Part shown: one piece after another, positions 1 through 9,722 of the stretch
Layout: the number at the start of each line of letters is the position of its first letter
How positions within the stretch are numbered: position 1 is the first letter of the stretch
Source: Candidatus Omnitrophota bacterium
Lineage (GTDB): Bacteria; Omnitrophota; Gorgyraeia; Gygaellales; Profunditerraquicolaceae
DNA: 39,329 nucleotides
NCBI GenBank assembly: GCA_026387265.1
Contig: JAPLLZ010000028.1
Location: 5,009-44,337 of the forward strand
Direction: 5' to 3'
Notes under the pieces: model-generated
Databases searched by the model: none
Told to the model about the DNA's origin: nothing
What the model saw: the letters and a program-made list of their open reading frames with translations, nothing else
Made by a program: the position numbers and the translations under genes

Positions 1-272
1 TCTACATCATAGTCGCCAAAAACCATTACCTTTTCTTTATTCTCTTGTGCTTTTTTAACCAAACTGATCGCCTTTGGCATATCCGAAAATAAATGCGGAC
101 TGGATAAATCATTAATGGAGCTTTTAAGGAATTGCTGGGCAGCGGTAATTGTAGTTACCTTACGATTTATCAAGATTTGCGCCAGTATTTTAGAAACACC
201 TAATTCTTTGGAAAATTGATTTTGTAAGGAAATATTGGGAGTGGCTAATCTTAGGATGGAATGGGAAGACAT
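1..272 (-). CDS. recJ: Single-stranded-DNA exonuclease RecJ, 5' part (runs off window)
   Basis: Not in ORF track. Manual translation from ATG at 272: MSSHSILRLATPNISLQNQFSKELGVSKILAQILINRK...LSSPHLFSDMPKAISLVKKAQENKEKVMVFGDYDV(D), the RecJ N-terminus with DHH motif I GDYDxD. Confidence 0.92.
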   Translation of the reverse strand, partial: MSSHSILRLATPNISLQNQFSKELGVSKILAQILINRKVTTITAAQQFLKSSINDLSSPHLFSDMPKAISLVKKAQENKEKVMVFGDYDV

Positions 273-287
273 ATATGTTGAAAGGTT

Positions 288-339
288 ATCCCACACCCAG
301 GAAGTATTCATTTTACAGCTTACTTCCTGGGTGTGGGAT
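288..339. repeat. Perfect 19-bp inverted repeat (AYCCCRCACC family)
   Basis: atcccacacccaggaagta (288-306) / tacttcctgggtgtgggat (321-339), 14-nt loop. Confidence 0.9.
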
Positions 340-395
340 GAGTTCGGCCAAACGGCTTAGCTTGGCTTTGCCTCGCTAAGCCGTGGCCTCACTCA
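339..395 (-). repeat. Tandem-GA hairpin repeat overlapping argS stop
   Basis: + strand tgagt-TC-ggcc(aa)acggcttagc-TT-ggc-ttt-gcc-TC-gctaagccgt-ggcc-TC-actca; the TC mismatches read GA on the minus strand. Confidence 0.75.
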
Positions 396-2030
396 CATCT
401 TTTCTGGCTGAGTTATTCCTAACAACTCTAACCCGCAGGCTAAAACAATCTTTACCCCTTTAATCAAAGCAAGCCGGGCAGCGGTTAAAGCTTCATCCTG
501 ATCCAGGACCCGGTGTAAATCATAAAATTTATGAAAACATTCAGCAAGCTCCTGCAGATATACCGTAAGCATATACGGATCACAGGTAGCTTTACAGATA
601 TTCAAAGTAGTATCAAACTCCAGTAACTTTTTAATCAGGGCTAGTTCTTCTTTCTCCTTCAATACGGCAAGATTCAAATCATCCCCGATCTCTAATGGAC
701 TGCTACGCAATATACTACAGATCCGTGCATGCGCGTACTGCACATAAAATACGGGATTCTCCGCGCTTTGTTTTTTGGCAACCTCCAGATCAAAATCCAA
801 ATGGCTGGATGTCCGGCGCATTAAAAAGAAAAATCTGGCAGCATCTGCGCCTACCTCATCTAAAACTTCCCGTAAAGTTATGTATTGCCCGCGCCGCGTA
901 GACATTTGAATCGGCTGGCCATCTCTAAAAATCGTAGCCAGCTGAACAATAATCACGCTTAATTCATCTGACTTATGCCCAAATGCCTCAATCGCTGCCT
1001 TAATCCGGTTAATATAGCCGTGGTGATCCGGGCCCCAAAGATTAATCAACCAGCCAAAACCCCGATTAAATTTATCTTCATGATACGCAATATCCGGGGC
1101 CAAATAAGTCTGACTGCCATCACTTTTAATAATTACCCGGTCTTTATCATCTCCAAAAGCCGTAGATTTAAACCAAAGCGCGCCATCCTGTTCATATAAA
1201 AACTTTTTTTCTTTTAGGCGGCTAAACGCCTGTTCGATCTTACCGCTTTTAGCCAATTGCTTCTGAGAATACCAACAATCAAAATTAACCCCGAAATCAA
1301 TCAACTCCTGCTTGATAATTTTTAAAATATAATCAGCCGCAAAGTTTCCTAAATCAATATCCTTGATCTTTTGTTTATCCGCTTCCCGGGCGATATCATA
1401 GATATAATCACCCTGATAATAATTTTCCGGAAATTCATTTTTTTGACCTTTTAACTCTTTAAGCCGCAAATCTACCGAAGCCCCGAGAATATTAATCTGG
1501 TTACCTTCGTCATTAAGATAATACTCACGCTGTACATCAAACCCGATAAAAAAAAGGATATTGGCCAGACAATCCCCCACTGCTGCCTGGCGCGCATGCG
1601 CCACAGACAAAGAACCAGTAGGATTAGCGCTGACAAATTCAATTAAAACTTTCCTGCCAGCTCCTACATTACTTTTTAAAGCAGTTTTGCCTTGAGTAAT
1701 AATTACTTTTAATTTATCATAAAAATAATTTTCTTTAAGATAAAAATTTATAAATCCCACACCCTCAACTTTGATTTGGGTAACCAAAGCCTTTAATTCA
1801 GATTTAGCTAATTTTTGCTGTAAAGAAACTACTAATTCTGCAGCAATCGCTTGAGGCGGACGTTTAAGCAGCTTACTTAATTTTAAAGCGATATTAGTGC
1901 TAAAGTCGCCGAAACGGTTATCCGTAGGTAGATCAAGGGAGATTTTTTCGACAAAATCGGCCAACCAACCTAAATCCGTTAAGCAATGCCTAACCAAATC
2001 AATTAATTCTTCTTGAATATCTTTGTTCAT
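393..2030 (-). CDS. argS: Arginine--tRNA ligase
   Basis: GDFSTNIA, EFVSANPTG..HAR (HIGH-like), WGPDHHGY, MSTRRG, NPVFYVQYAHAR, C-terminal PEKM. Confidence 0.97.
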   Translation of the reverse strand: MNKDIQEELIDLVRHCLTDLGWLADFVEKISLDLPTDNRFGDFSTNIALKLSKLLKRPPQAIAAELVVSLQQKLAKSELKALVTQIKVEGVGFINFYLKENYFYDKLKVIITQGKTALKSNVGAGRKVLIEFVSANPTGSLSVAHARQAAVGDCLANILFFIGFDVQREYYLNDEGNQINILGASVDLRLKELKGQKNEFPENYYQGDYIYDIAREADKQKIKDIDLGNFAADYILKIIKQELIDFGVNFDCWYSQKQLAKSGKIEQAFSRLKEKKFLYEQDGALWFKSTAFGDDKDRVIIKSDGSQTYLAPDIAYHEDKFNRGFGWLINLWGPDHHGYINRIKAAIEAFGHKSDELSVIIVQLATIFRDGQPIQMSTRRGQYITLREVLDEVGADAARFFFLMRRTSSHLDFDLEVAKKQSAENPVFYVQYAHARICSILRSSPLEIGDDLNLAVLKEKEELALIKKLLEFDTTLNICKATCDPYMLTVYLQELAECFHKFYDLHRVLDQDEALTAARLALIKGVKIVLACGLELLGITQPEKM

Positions 2031-2068
2031 TTTTTATTAAAGTTGCGGTTGGTTCAAATTGGGCAAGC

Positions 2069-2437
2069 TTAGCGTTTGGGGGCAATCACCCTTATTTTTT
2101 TAGCATCAGACCAAAGCCCCTCTAAAGAATAAAACTCTCTCACCGGTTTATAGAACGAATGCGCGATTACGCTTGCGTAATCCAGGGCAATCCACCCTGA
2201 TTCATCGTTCGGAGAAACCTTAGAGAGAGATTTTATTTTTTGTATTATTTTTTGTATTTCTAAATCTTCCTGAATTGCCTGGGCAATGGCAGTAGCTTGC
2301 CTTAAAGAATTACCGCTGGCAATCACGAAATAATCGCAAAACCCGGCTACTTTAGAAACATCAAGAATAATGACCTGCTCTGCTTTTTTAGATTTAGCAA
2401 CCCAGGCAATGCGTTGCGCTAATTGTTTTGAGTTTAT
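2069..2437 (-). CDS. rsfS: Ribosome silencing factor RsfS (probable ATA start at 2437)
   Basis: Frame extends upstream of the track start: (I)NSKQLAQRIAWVAKSKKAEQVIILDV..FCDYFVIASG; later GWIALDY..REFYSLEGLW. In-frame TAA at 2441-2443; AGGAG 6 nt before ATA. Confidence 0.9.
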   Translation of the reverse strand: MNSKQLAQRIAWVAKSKKAEQVIILDVSKVAGFCDYFVIASGNSLRQATAIAQAIQEDLEIQKIIQKIKSLSKVSPNDESGWIALDYASVIAHSFYKPVREFYSLEGLWSDAKKIRVIAPKR

Positions 2438-2465
2438 TTTTTACTCCTGTTCGATTTAAAAACAG

Positions 2466-2618
2466 TTATTTGGCTTTTCCCAAAATTTTATACATCCCGG
2501 TTCCGCATTCAGGACATTTACCCTTCATTGCTGCGCGGCCGTTTTTCATGGTAACCTTCTGCTCATCCTTCATTACCTTTTTACCCTTGCATTTTACGCA
2601 ATATCCTGTTTCTGACAT
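2466..2618 (-). CDS. 50-aa zinc-ribbon-type small protein (DUF5679-like)
   Basis: Missed by ORF track: MSETGYCVKCKGKKVMKDEQKVTMKNGRAAMKGKCPECGTGMYKILGKAK; two CxxC; AGGAGG SD upstream. Confidence 0.88.
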   Translation of the reverse strand: MSETGYCVKCKGKKVMKDEQKVTMKNGRAAMKGKCPECGTGMYKILGKAK

Positions 2619-2663
2619 TTGTTTCCTCCTTTTTATACTACATACATGTTCCTATTGTTAATA

Positions 2664-2692
2664 ATTTTAACATAGTAAAATTTTCATGTCAA
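2664..2692 (-). promoter_or_regulatory. Sigma70-type promoter
   Basis: TTGACA (2692-2687), 17-nt spacer, TAAAAT (2669-2664) with extended -10 TG. Confidence 0.75.
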
Positions 2693-2700
2693 TTTTATTA

Positions 2701-3714
2701 TTAACTAATCGTTTTAGAATTCTTTCCTTTCATCGCATGCTTCTCTTCTATCTCGCCAACAATCTCCTCCAATAAATCCTCTAAAGTAACCAATCCTATA
2801 GCTAATTTATTCTTATCCACAATAATCGCAATCTGAATCTTCTCGGCCTGAAACTTCCTGAGCATCTCACTAACCCGCATTGATCCTGAAACAAAACAAG
2901 CTCCATGAAGCAAATCCTGCAGTAGAAATAAACCTTTTTCACGCAAGATATATAAAAGATCTCGGGCATAAACTATACCCACGATATTATCCTTACTCCC
3001 GCTATATACCGGAAGGCGGGCGTGCCCCTCTTCCACAAAAATATTCAACAAATCATCGGAACCGATATTCAGACTTACCGCAATAATTTTATCTTTAGGC
3101 ACCATAACATCAGTAAGTTTGGTATTACCAAATTCGAAAATACGATGAAACATTTTGTGTTCCTCTTCACTTAAGACGCCCTCCTCCTGCCCTATTTCGA
3201 TCATGGTTTTTAATTCCTCAACCGTAACCAAAGGCGATCTTTTAGTAACTCCCACCCTGAATAATTTTAAAATAGAATTACTGATTCCGATAAAAAAATC
3301 TATGGGGAGCTTTAAAATTACAAGCACAACCTCCATCAAAGGCGCAGTAAACAAAGCAACCTTTTCCGCTCGTTTAGCAGAAAGTATTTTAGGAGTCACT
3401 TCGCAAAAAATAAGCAGGATTAAAGTCGTAACAAAAGTTGAAACTACCACTCCCCAGCGATACCCGTAAACCTGAACGAATACCCCGGTAACAATCGATG
3501 AAACAGCGATATTCACTAGGTTATTACCGATAAGAATGGCAGCAATCACCTTGTCTAATTTAAGCACCAGCCGCTGTACGCTTTGAGCGTGCTTGATACC
3601 CTGCTGAAGCATATGGCGCAAGCGGATCTTGCTTAATCCGATAATCGCCGTCTCCGAAGCCGAAAAAAAGAAAGAAAGCACAACTAAAATTAATAAAATA
3701 AAAACAATAATCAT
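2701..3714 (-). CDS. CNNM (DUF21) + CBS-pair membrane protein (HlyC/CorC-type transporter family)
   Basis: SFFFSASETA, ILIGNNLVNI, EVTPK, DVMVP, ARLPVY, GLVTLEDLLEEIVGEI; no C-terminal CorC domain. Confidence 0.9.
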   Translation of the reverse strand: MIIVFILLILVVLSFFFSASETAIIGLSKIRLRHMLQQGIKHAQSVQRLVLKLDKVIAAILIGNNLVNIAVSSIVTGVFVQVYGYRWGVVVSTFVTTLILLIFCEVTPKILSAKRAEKVALFTAPLMEVVLVILKLPIDFFIGISNSILKLFRVGVTKRSPLVTVEELKTMIEIGQEEGVLSEEEHKMFHRIFEFGNTKLTDVMVPKDKIIAVSLNIGSDDLLNIFVEEGHARLPVYSGSKDNIVGIVYARDLLYILREKGLFLLQDLLHGACFVSGSMRVSEMLRKFQAEKIQIAIIVDKNKLAIGLVTLEDLLEEIVGEIEEKHAMKGKNSKTIS

Positions 3715-3716
3715 CT

Positions 3717-4985
3717 TTATCCTATAATCAGTTTATTATAGATTTGTCCCTGGCTTATTTTCAGTGGGCCGATAAGCGCAAGATTAATCGCCTCATTCCT
3801 AAATACCTGCCTGGCCACAGCGCGCACATCCTCTAAAGAAATTTTAGCCACTTCTTTAATGACCTGTTCTAAAGAATACACTTTATCCAAGCAAGCAACA
3901 CTCTCCCCCATCCATAGCATATATTCCATCGTATCTTCTAATGCCAAACTCAATTGCCCCAGATAGAATTCCTTAGCCCGCTTAAATTCATCTTTTGATA
4001 TTAAGGACTTCTTGGTTTTACCCAACTCCTGGAAAATTAATCCCAGGCAATCTGAAACTTTCTGATTATCAATACCAGCATGCACTAAGAATGCACCTGT
4101 GTCATAGTAACGCTTAAGTCCGGTGCCAATCTCATAAGCTAATCCTCTTTTTTCCCTGACTTCATTAAAAAGCCGGCTAGACATATTTGCCCCTAAGATT
4201 ATATGCAAGATTGATTGAGCATGCCGCAAAGGATGATCGCGCTCCAAAGCATGAAAACCTAAAGCCATATGCGTTTGTTCAGTATCCTTATAAAAAATAT
4301 TTAGCTGCGGTTTATCCTGACATTGTTTGGCCTTAAGAAAAGTATTGATCTTAGCACTTTTAATCGACGAAAAAATAGTCGAAACTTTTTTAACTAAAAA
4401 ATCATGGTCTAATAACCCAGCGGCGCTAATTACAATATTAGCCGGGGTGTAATGGTTGGCGCGAAAAGACTTAATAACATCGCGGCTAATATTATTCACC
4501 GTTTCCACTGTTCCGATGATTGGCGAGCCCAAGGCTTGGCTAGGCCAAAGCAAAGCATCCAATAATTCATAAACATAGCTTTGTGGAAGATCCCGGTACA
4601 TTTTTAGCTCTTCCAAAATTACGGTTCTCTCTTTTACTATATCCGCCGGCGCCAAACTCGGATTAATTACCATATCCGATAAAATATTTAAGGCACTTGA
4701 TAAATAACGGTGAGGAATTTTAACTAAATAGCAAGTATGTTCTTCAGAAGTAAAACCATTTAATGAACCGCCTACTCCTTCAATTGATTCCTTAATCGTA
4801 CGGCAGGAATATTTCCTGCTGCCTTTAAAAAGTAAATGCTCCAAGAAATGAGAAATTCCTTTCTGTCCGGGATTTTCATAACGGCTGCCGATATTAATCC
4901 AAATCCCCAATGCCACAGATTGCACACTACTCAAACGTTTAGTAACTATCTTTAAGCCATTTTCCAGCTTTAGCCTTTTATACAT
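3717..4985 (-). CDS. M16 (pitrilysin-family) zinc peptidase
   Basis: GISHFLEHLLFKG (inverted HxxEH), LNGFTS, SSRLFNEVREKRGLAY. Confidence 0.93.
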   Translation of the reverse strand: MYKRLKLENGLKIVTKRLSSVQSVALGIWINIGSRYENPGQKGISHFLEHLLFKGSRKYSCRTIKESIEGVGGSLNGFTSEEHTCYLVKIPHRYLSSALNILSDMVINPSLAPADIVKERTVILEELKMYRDLPQSYVYELLDALLWPSQALGSPIIGTVETVNNISRDVIKSFRANHYTPANIVISAAGLLDHDFLVKKVSTIFSSIKSAKINTFLKAKQCQDKPQLNIFYKDTEQTHMALGFHALERDHPLRHAQSILHIILGANMSSRLFNEVREKRGLAYEIGTGLKRYYDTGAFLVHAGIDNQKVSDCLGLIFQELGKTKKSLISKDEFKRAKEFYLGQLSLALEDTMEYMLWMGESVACLDKVYSLEQVIKEVAKISLEDVRAVARQVFRNEAINLALIGPLKISQGQIYNKLIIG

Positions 4986-5763
4986 TTAATCTTTCTACAA
5001 ATTTACTGACCACTTGTACCAAATTACGCTTTCCCATGTTTTCTTTAATTTTAGCGACAATTGCACTACCGATAATTGCCCCATCAGCTATTCTTTGCAC
5101 CTCTTTGACCTGTCGGGCAGAAGAAATACCAAACCCAACACAAACCGGCTTAGTCGTTAATTTCTTAATTATAGACAACTTGGTTTTTAGGTCACTAGCC
5201 AATTCTTTCCGGCTGCCGGTTACTCCGGTTAAAGAAACATAATAGATAAAACCACGGGCAATTTTTGATACGGTTTTAATCCGCGCTACAGAGCTAGTCG
5301 GTGCCACAAAACAAATATTGGCCAGGCCTTTTTGATTTGCATAATGTGTAAATTTCCTAGCTTCCTCATATGGTAAATCCGGGATAATTACCCCATCCAC
5401 ACCAGCAGCCACAGCTTTATCCACAAAAAATCTTTCTCCAATACAAAAAACCGGGTTGTAATAAGTCATCAGGCAAATCGGCAAATTAGTAGATCGGCGC
5501 AGGCGCTTCACTAAATCTAAAATCTTAAGTATATTAATTCCCTTGCTTAGAGCATACCCTGAAGCTTCTTGAATTATCGGCCCATCAGCCAGCGGCTCAG
5601 AAAAAGGCACGCCTAACTCAATTATATCTACTCCGCTTTTCTCTAACGCAATAACCAGCTTAACGGTAGTGGATAAATCCGGATAACCAGCGGTAATAAA
5701 AGCAATGAAAGCTTTTTTATTCTGTTTTTTAAGTTGAATAAATTTTCTATCAATACGATTCAT
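4978..5763 (-). CDS. trpA: Tryptophan synthase alpha chain
   Basis: [33 protein letters not shown]; likely start MNRID at 5763. Confidence 0.96.
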   Translation of the reverse strand: MNRIDRKFIQLKKQNKKAFIAFITAGYPDLSTTVKLVIALEKSGVDIIELGVPFSEPLADGPIIQEASGYALSKGINILKILDLVKRLRRSTNLPICLMTYYNPVFCIGERFFVDKAVAAGVDGVIIPDLPYEEARKFTHYANQKGLANICFVAPTSSVARIKTVSKIARGFIYYVSLTGVTGSRKELASDLKTKLSIIKKLTTKPVCVGFGISSARQVKEVQRIADGAIIGSAIVAKIKENMGKRNLVQVVSKFVERLNV

Positions 5764-6895
5764 GCAGATCCTTATCTCCTCTTCCAGAAAGGCAAACAAT
5801 AACTAAAGAATTTTTCTTAATTGTTTTCCTGGCTTTCTTTAAATAAGCAATGGCATGGGCAGATTCCAAGGCTGGAATAATTCCTTCAATCAAAGATAAT
5901 AACTTAAATCCATCCAATGCTTCTTGATCAGTAATCGACACATACTTAGCCCTGCCAATCTGCTGATAATAAGCATGCTCCGGGCCAACCCCTGGATAAT
6001 CTAGGCCGGCAGCAACCGAATGTGCATTTTTAATCTGGCCGAATTGATCTTCCAGAATTTTTGATTTAGAACCATGCAAAACGCCGGATGCACCAGCACC
6101 CAGACTTGCAGAATGTTTACCTGAAGCCAGACCTAACCCGGCAGCCTCAACTCCGATCATCTTTACATTTTTATCATTAAAAAAAGGGTAAAATAAACCA
6201 ATAGCATTACTACCACCGCCAACACAAGCCACCAGATAATCCGGCAGTCGTTTTTCCTTTTTTAATATCTGCTTCCTAGCCTCTTTGCCAATTACGCTTT
6301 GAAAATTACGTACCATTTCCGGATACGGATGCGGGCCGGCAGCAGTACCGATAACATAATGCGTATTGCGCACATTGGTTACCCAATCCCGTAAAGCTTG
6401 CGTCATCGCATCTTTTAAAGTTTGCGTGCCGGTTCCAACGCTAATCACGTTAGCTCCCAGCAGTTTCATCCGCATTACATTTAAAGCCTGGCGATGAATA
6501 TCTTCTTGGCCCATATAAATATCGCAACTTAAACCAAATAACGCCGCTACCGTAGCTGTAGCCACTCCATGCTGTCCTGCGCCGGTTTCAGCAATTAAAC
6601 GTTTCTTACCCATCCTAACCGCTAAAATTACCTGAGCTAAAGTATTATTAATTTTATGTGCGCCGGTATGCAGAAGATCTTCTCTTTTTAAATAAATCTT
6701 CGCCAGATAATAATTTAGATCCCTGATAAATTTCTTATCATGTTTAGCCCGGGCGTACTCTTTAGCTAATTCATCCAAAGCGTAAATCAGGGTCTCCGGT
6801 ACAAACCTTCCGCCGAAATCCCCAAAATGACCAGTTTTATCCGGCATTTTATTCCGTATTGAATATCTTTTATGAAGCAGGATAGATTTTTTCAT
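5750..6895 (-). CDS. trpB: Tryptophan synthase beta chain, with ~21-aa in-frame internal deletion
   Basis: [23 protein letters not shown] (PLP Lys), [23 protein letters not shown]; conserved GRPTPL segment absent. Start 6895 or 6847. Confidence 0.93.
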   Translation of the reverse strand: MKKSILLHKRYSIRNKMPDKTGHFGDFGGRFVPETLIYALDELAKEYARAKHDKKFIRDLNYYLAKIYLKREDLLHTGAHKINNTLAQVILAVRMGKKRLIAETGAGQHGVATATVAALFGLSCDIYMGQEDIHRQALNVMRMKLLGANVISVGTGTQTLKDAMTQALRDWVTNVRNTHYVIGTAAGPHPYPEMVRNFQSVIGKEARKQILKKEKRLPDYLVACVGGGSNAIGLFYPFFNDKNVKMIGVEAAGLGLASGKHSASLGAGASGVLHGSKSKILEDQFGQIKNAHSVAAGLDYPGVGPEHAYYQQIGRAKYVSITDQEALDGFKLLSLIEGIIPALESAHAIAYLKKARKTIKKNSLVIVCLSGRGDKDLHESY

Positions 6896-7238
6896 AGTCT
6901 TTTAGTGAACCATTGTTTAAAAAATCCTTAAAAATTTGGTAACCCTGCCCTAAATCATCAAACATCCCCTGCATATTTCCCAGAGGATTAAAAGGCAGAC
7001 TAATCCGCGGCAGGTTGGCCCGAATAGCCATAATTTTATACATCGCCGCATCAAGCATAAAAGAAGACAGATAAATAAGAATACCACAAATTAAAACAAA
7101 TACGCCTAAACTAGTAAGGCAGCCGAATAGACACCGCATCCCCTTGCTCTTCTTCTTTAAAAACTCGCCGCAATACCGGCATTTTACAGCCTCATCCTGA
7201 ATCTCTTCTGCGCAAAACGGGCATTTTTTCATATTCAA
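6870..7238 (-). CDS. Zinc-ribbon single-TM membrane protein
   Basis: [22 protein letters not shown] followed by a hydrophobic segment; overlaps the trpF stop (ATGA). Confidence 0.8.
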   Translation of the reverse strand: MNMKKCPFCAEEIQDEAVKCRYCGEFLKKKSKGMRCLFGCLTSLGVFVLICGILIYLSSFMLDAAMYKIMAIRANLPRISLPFNPLGNMQGMFDDLGQGYQIFKDFLNNGSLKDYEKIYPAS

Positions 7239-7855
7239 GATTTCTTTTTAAGTACCTGAATAAACCGCTTAATCTTCTGATGATCCTTTTTCCCGGGAAC
7301 AGATTCCAAACCGCTGGAAACATCCACCCAATCAGGCTTTAATAATTTAATGGCTTTACTAACATTACCCACAGTCAAACCGCCGGATATAAATATAATA
7401 GCCTCAATTTTAGCTGATTGAGCAAGTATTTTCCAGTTAAATTTTCTTCCTGTGCCACCAGGGGCAGCAGTAGAAAAACTATCAAATAGATAAGCAAAGG
7501 TTTTATATTCGGATGTTTTCGCTAAATCTTCTTTCCTGTTTACCCAGAAAGCCTTAATAACTTTATATCCTTTAAATCTCCGGCAGTAAGCGCTAGACTC
7601 CTGTCCATGAAACTGCAACATATCCAGCTTACAGGCCGCAGCAATTTTTTTTACCGCAGATACTTTCTCATTAACAAAAACCCCTACCCGCTTAATTTTC
7701 TTCGGCAGGATGCACGATATATTTCGAGCTTGGCTTGGATTAATATAACGCGGGCTTTTTTTATAAAAAACAAATCCCAGGGCATCTGCCCCAAAAAAAT
7801 AGCTCGCTAAAGCATCCTCTAAATTAGTAATCCCGCAAATTTTTACTTTAACCAT
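7235..7855 (-). CDS. trpF: Phosphoribosylanthranilate isomerase
   Basis: [35 protein letters not shown]. Confidence 0.96.
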   Translation of the reverse strand: MVKVKICGITNLEDALASYFFGADALGFVFYKKSPRYINPSQARNISCILPKKIKRVGVFVNEKVSAVKKIAAACKLDMLQFHGQESSAYCRRFKGYKVIKAFWVNRKEDLAKTSEYKTFAYLFDSFSTAAPGGTGRKFNWKILAQSAKIEAIIFISGGLTVGNVSKAIKLLKPDWVDVSSGLESVPGKKDHQKIKRFIQVLKKKS

Positions 7856-7888
7856 ATTAAAATAAGGGCATCTTTTAGTGGCAGCTTG

Positions 7889-7911
7889 CCCGCCAACGGT
7901 TTAGTGGCGGG
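7889..7911. repeat. CCGCCA/TGGCGG mini-hairpin repeat
   Basis: cccgcca-acggtttag-tggcggg; same stem at 26902 and 36882. Confidence 0.7.
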
Positions 7912-7924
7912 AACCCTCAAGCGC

Positions 7925-8713
7925 CTACCACCCCATGACCTCTTCAACTTTAGTTTTAATATCCGCTGCTTCCATAAAAACCGAACCGATCAATACGCTG
8001 CTAGCCCCCAGGATTTTCAAAAATAGAATATCCTGAGCATTTTTAATTCCACTTTCTACAACCACTATCTTTTCCCGGGGAATTAAAGTAAATAATTTTT
8101 CAGTAGTTTTAAAATCGACTTCTAACGTACGCAGATTACGATTATTGATACCAATTATGGGCACCTTTAAATTTAAAACCTTCTTTAACTCCTTTTCATC
8201 ATGCACTTCCACTATATAATCCAATCCTAAAGTATCGGCAATCTGCATTAGCTCTACCAGCTTATCTTTAGTCAATAAATCCGCAATTAATAAGATCGCA
8301 TCAGCCCCGAAATAGCGCGACTCGTAAACCTGATAACCTTCTAAAATGAAATCTTTTCTCAAAATCGGTACACTAACGATATTCTTTACCTGGTTCAGAT
8401 AAGACAGATTACCATTAAAAAAATCTTCTTCCGTTAACACGGAAACCGCCTGTACACCTGCATCCTGATAAGACTTAGCAATCTCCTCCAAATTAAAGTT
8501 CTGCCGGATAACTCCTGCGGAAGGCGAAGTCTGTTTAATTTCAGCAATCAAAGCAATTTGTTTAGGCTTACTAATCGCTTCTTTAAACAGCCGGGTCGCC
8601 GGTAAATCCGCCAACTTAGTCATTAAATCTTCCTGACTCAACTGCTGCTTAGCCAGGATAATTCTTTCTTTTTTCTTTGCTACAATTTGTTTTAAAGTAT
8701 CAGTTTTAGCCAT
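7925..8713 (-). CDS. trpC: Indole-3-glycerol phosphate synthase
   Basis: IAEIKQTSPSAG, SVLTE, PILRKDFI, GINNRNL, VESGI. Confidence 0.96.
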   Translation of the reverse strand: MAKTDTLKQIVAKKKERIILAKQQLSQEDLMTKLADLPATRLFKEAISKPKQIALIAEIKQTSPSAGVIRQNFNLEEIAKSYQDAGVQAVSVLTEEDFFNGNLSYLNQVKNIVSVPILRKDFILEGYQVYESRYFGADAILLIADLLTKDKLVELMQIADTLGLDYIVEVHDEKELKKVLNLKVPIIGINNRNLRTLEVDFKTTEKLFTLIPREKIVVVESGIKNAQDILFLKILGASSVLIGSVFMEAADIKTKVEEVMGW

Positions 8714-8717
8714 TTAA

Positions 8718-9722
8718 TTATGCATACTCCTTTAACAATCTAAGCTTTCCTGCTGCAGCTTGGGAATCAATGGATTTTTTTGCTAACTCCAGGCCTTGTG
8801 TGATTGTATCCGCCTTATCCGCCGCATATATCGCACAGGCAGCATTAAGTAAAACAATATCTCTGCAGCTACCTGTCTCTCCTGCTAGAACACCTTGAGC
8901 AATCTTTACGTTTTCTTTAATTGAACCACCTAATAAATCATCTAACCTTACGCGCTTTAAACCAAAATCCTCAGGCGTGATTTCATAATCTTTCAATAAA
9001 CCGTTTTTTACTTCAGTAACAAAAGTTTTATCCGTAGTAGAAACCTCATCCAATCCATCTGCACCATGAACTACCAAAACATGTTTAGAGCCTAAATTAT
9101 GTAAAACTTCAGCCAGCGGCCTGACCCAAGCCTTAGAATATACACCAATTAGCTGATTCGTCGCCCGTGCAGGATTAATTAACGGGCCCAGAATATTAAA
9201 TATCGTCTTTTGCGCAATTTGTTTTCTGGCCGGCATAACATAGCGCATCGCCGGATGTAAATTAGGCGCAAATAAAAAAGCAATACCAATTTCCTCAAGG
9301 CATTTTTTAATTTTTACCGTATCCATATTAATTTTAACGCCCAAAGCTTCTAAAATATCCGCGCTGCCGCACTTGCTGGATACAGACCGGTTGCCGTGTT
9401 TGGCTACCGTCACCCCGGCACCACTAGCCACCAAAGCCGTAATTGTGGAAATATTAAAAGTACCCTTTTTGTCTCCGCCGGTTCCGCAAGTATCCAGTAT
9501 ATTCGGTTTATCTACGATAATCGGCTCGACATATTGCAGCATAACATTTACCGCCGCAGTTAATTCGGCAACTGTTTCGCCTTTATTATTTAGGGAGGTT
9601 AAAAATGCAACGATATCAGCGGTATCCACTGCACCGCTTAAAATCTCCCGCATTACCTGTTGCATTTGCGGTTGAGTTAAACTCTCTTTATTAAGCAGTT
9701 GCTTAATGAGATCTTTAATCAT
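8718..9722 (-). CDS. trpD: Anthranilate phosphoribosyltransferase
   Basis: [32 protein letters not shown]. Confidence 0.97.
   Translation of the reverse strand: MIKDLIKQLLNKESLTQPQMQQVMREILSGAVDTADIVAFLTSLNNKGETVAELTAAVNVMLQYVEPIIVDKPNILDTCGTGGDKKGTFNISTITALVASGAGVTVAKHGNRSVSSKCGSADILEALGVKINMDTVKIKKCLEEIGIAFLFAPNLHPAMRYVMPARKQIAQKTIFNILGPLINPARATNQLIGVYSKAWVRPLAEVLHNLGSKHVLVVHGADGLDEVSTTDKTFVTEVKNGLLKDYEITPEDFGLKRVRLDDLLGGSIKENVKIAQGVLAGETGSCRDIVLLNAACAIYAADKADTITQGLELAKKSIDSQAAAGKLRLLKEYA

Noticed and set aside
339-395. TGA followed by a hairpin (argS, also rpmE) as a selenocysteine or readthrough signal
   Set aside because: Both proteins end at their normal C-termini (ArgRS ..PEKM; L31 67 aa), so no recoding is needed.
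2428-2661. 77-aa + strand ORF
   Set aside because: Antisense shadow of the DUF5679-like gene, which has the SD and promoter.
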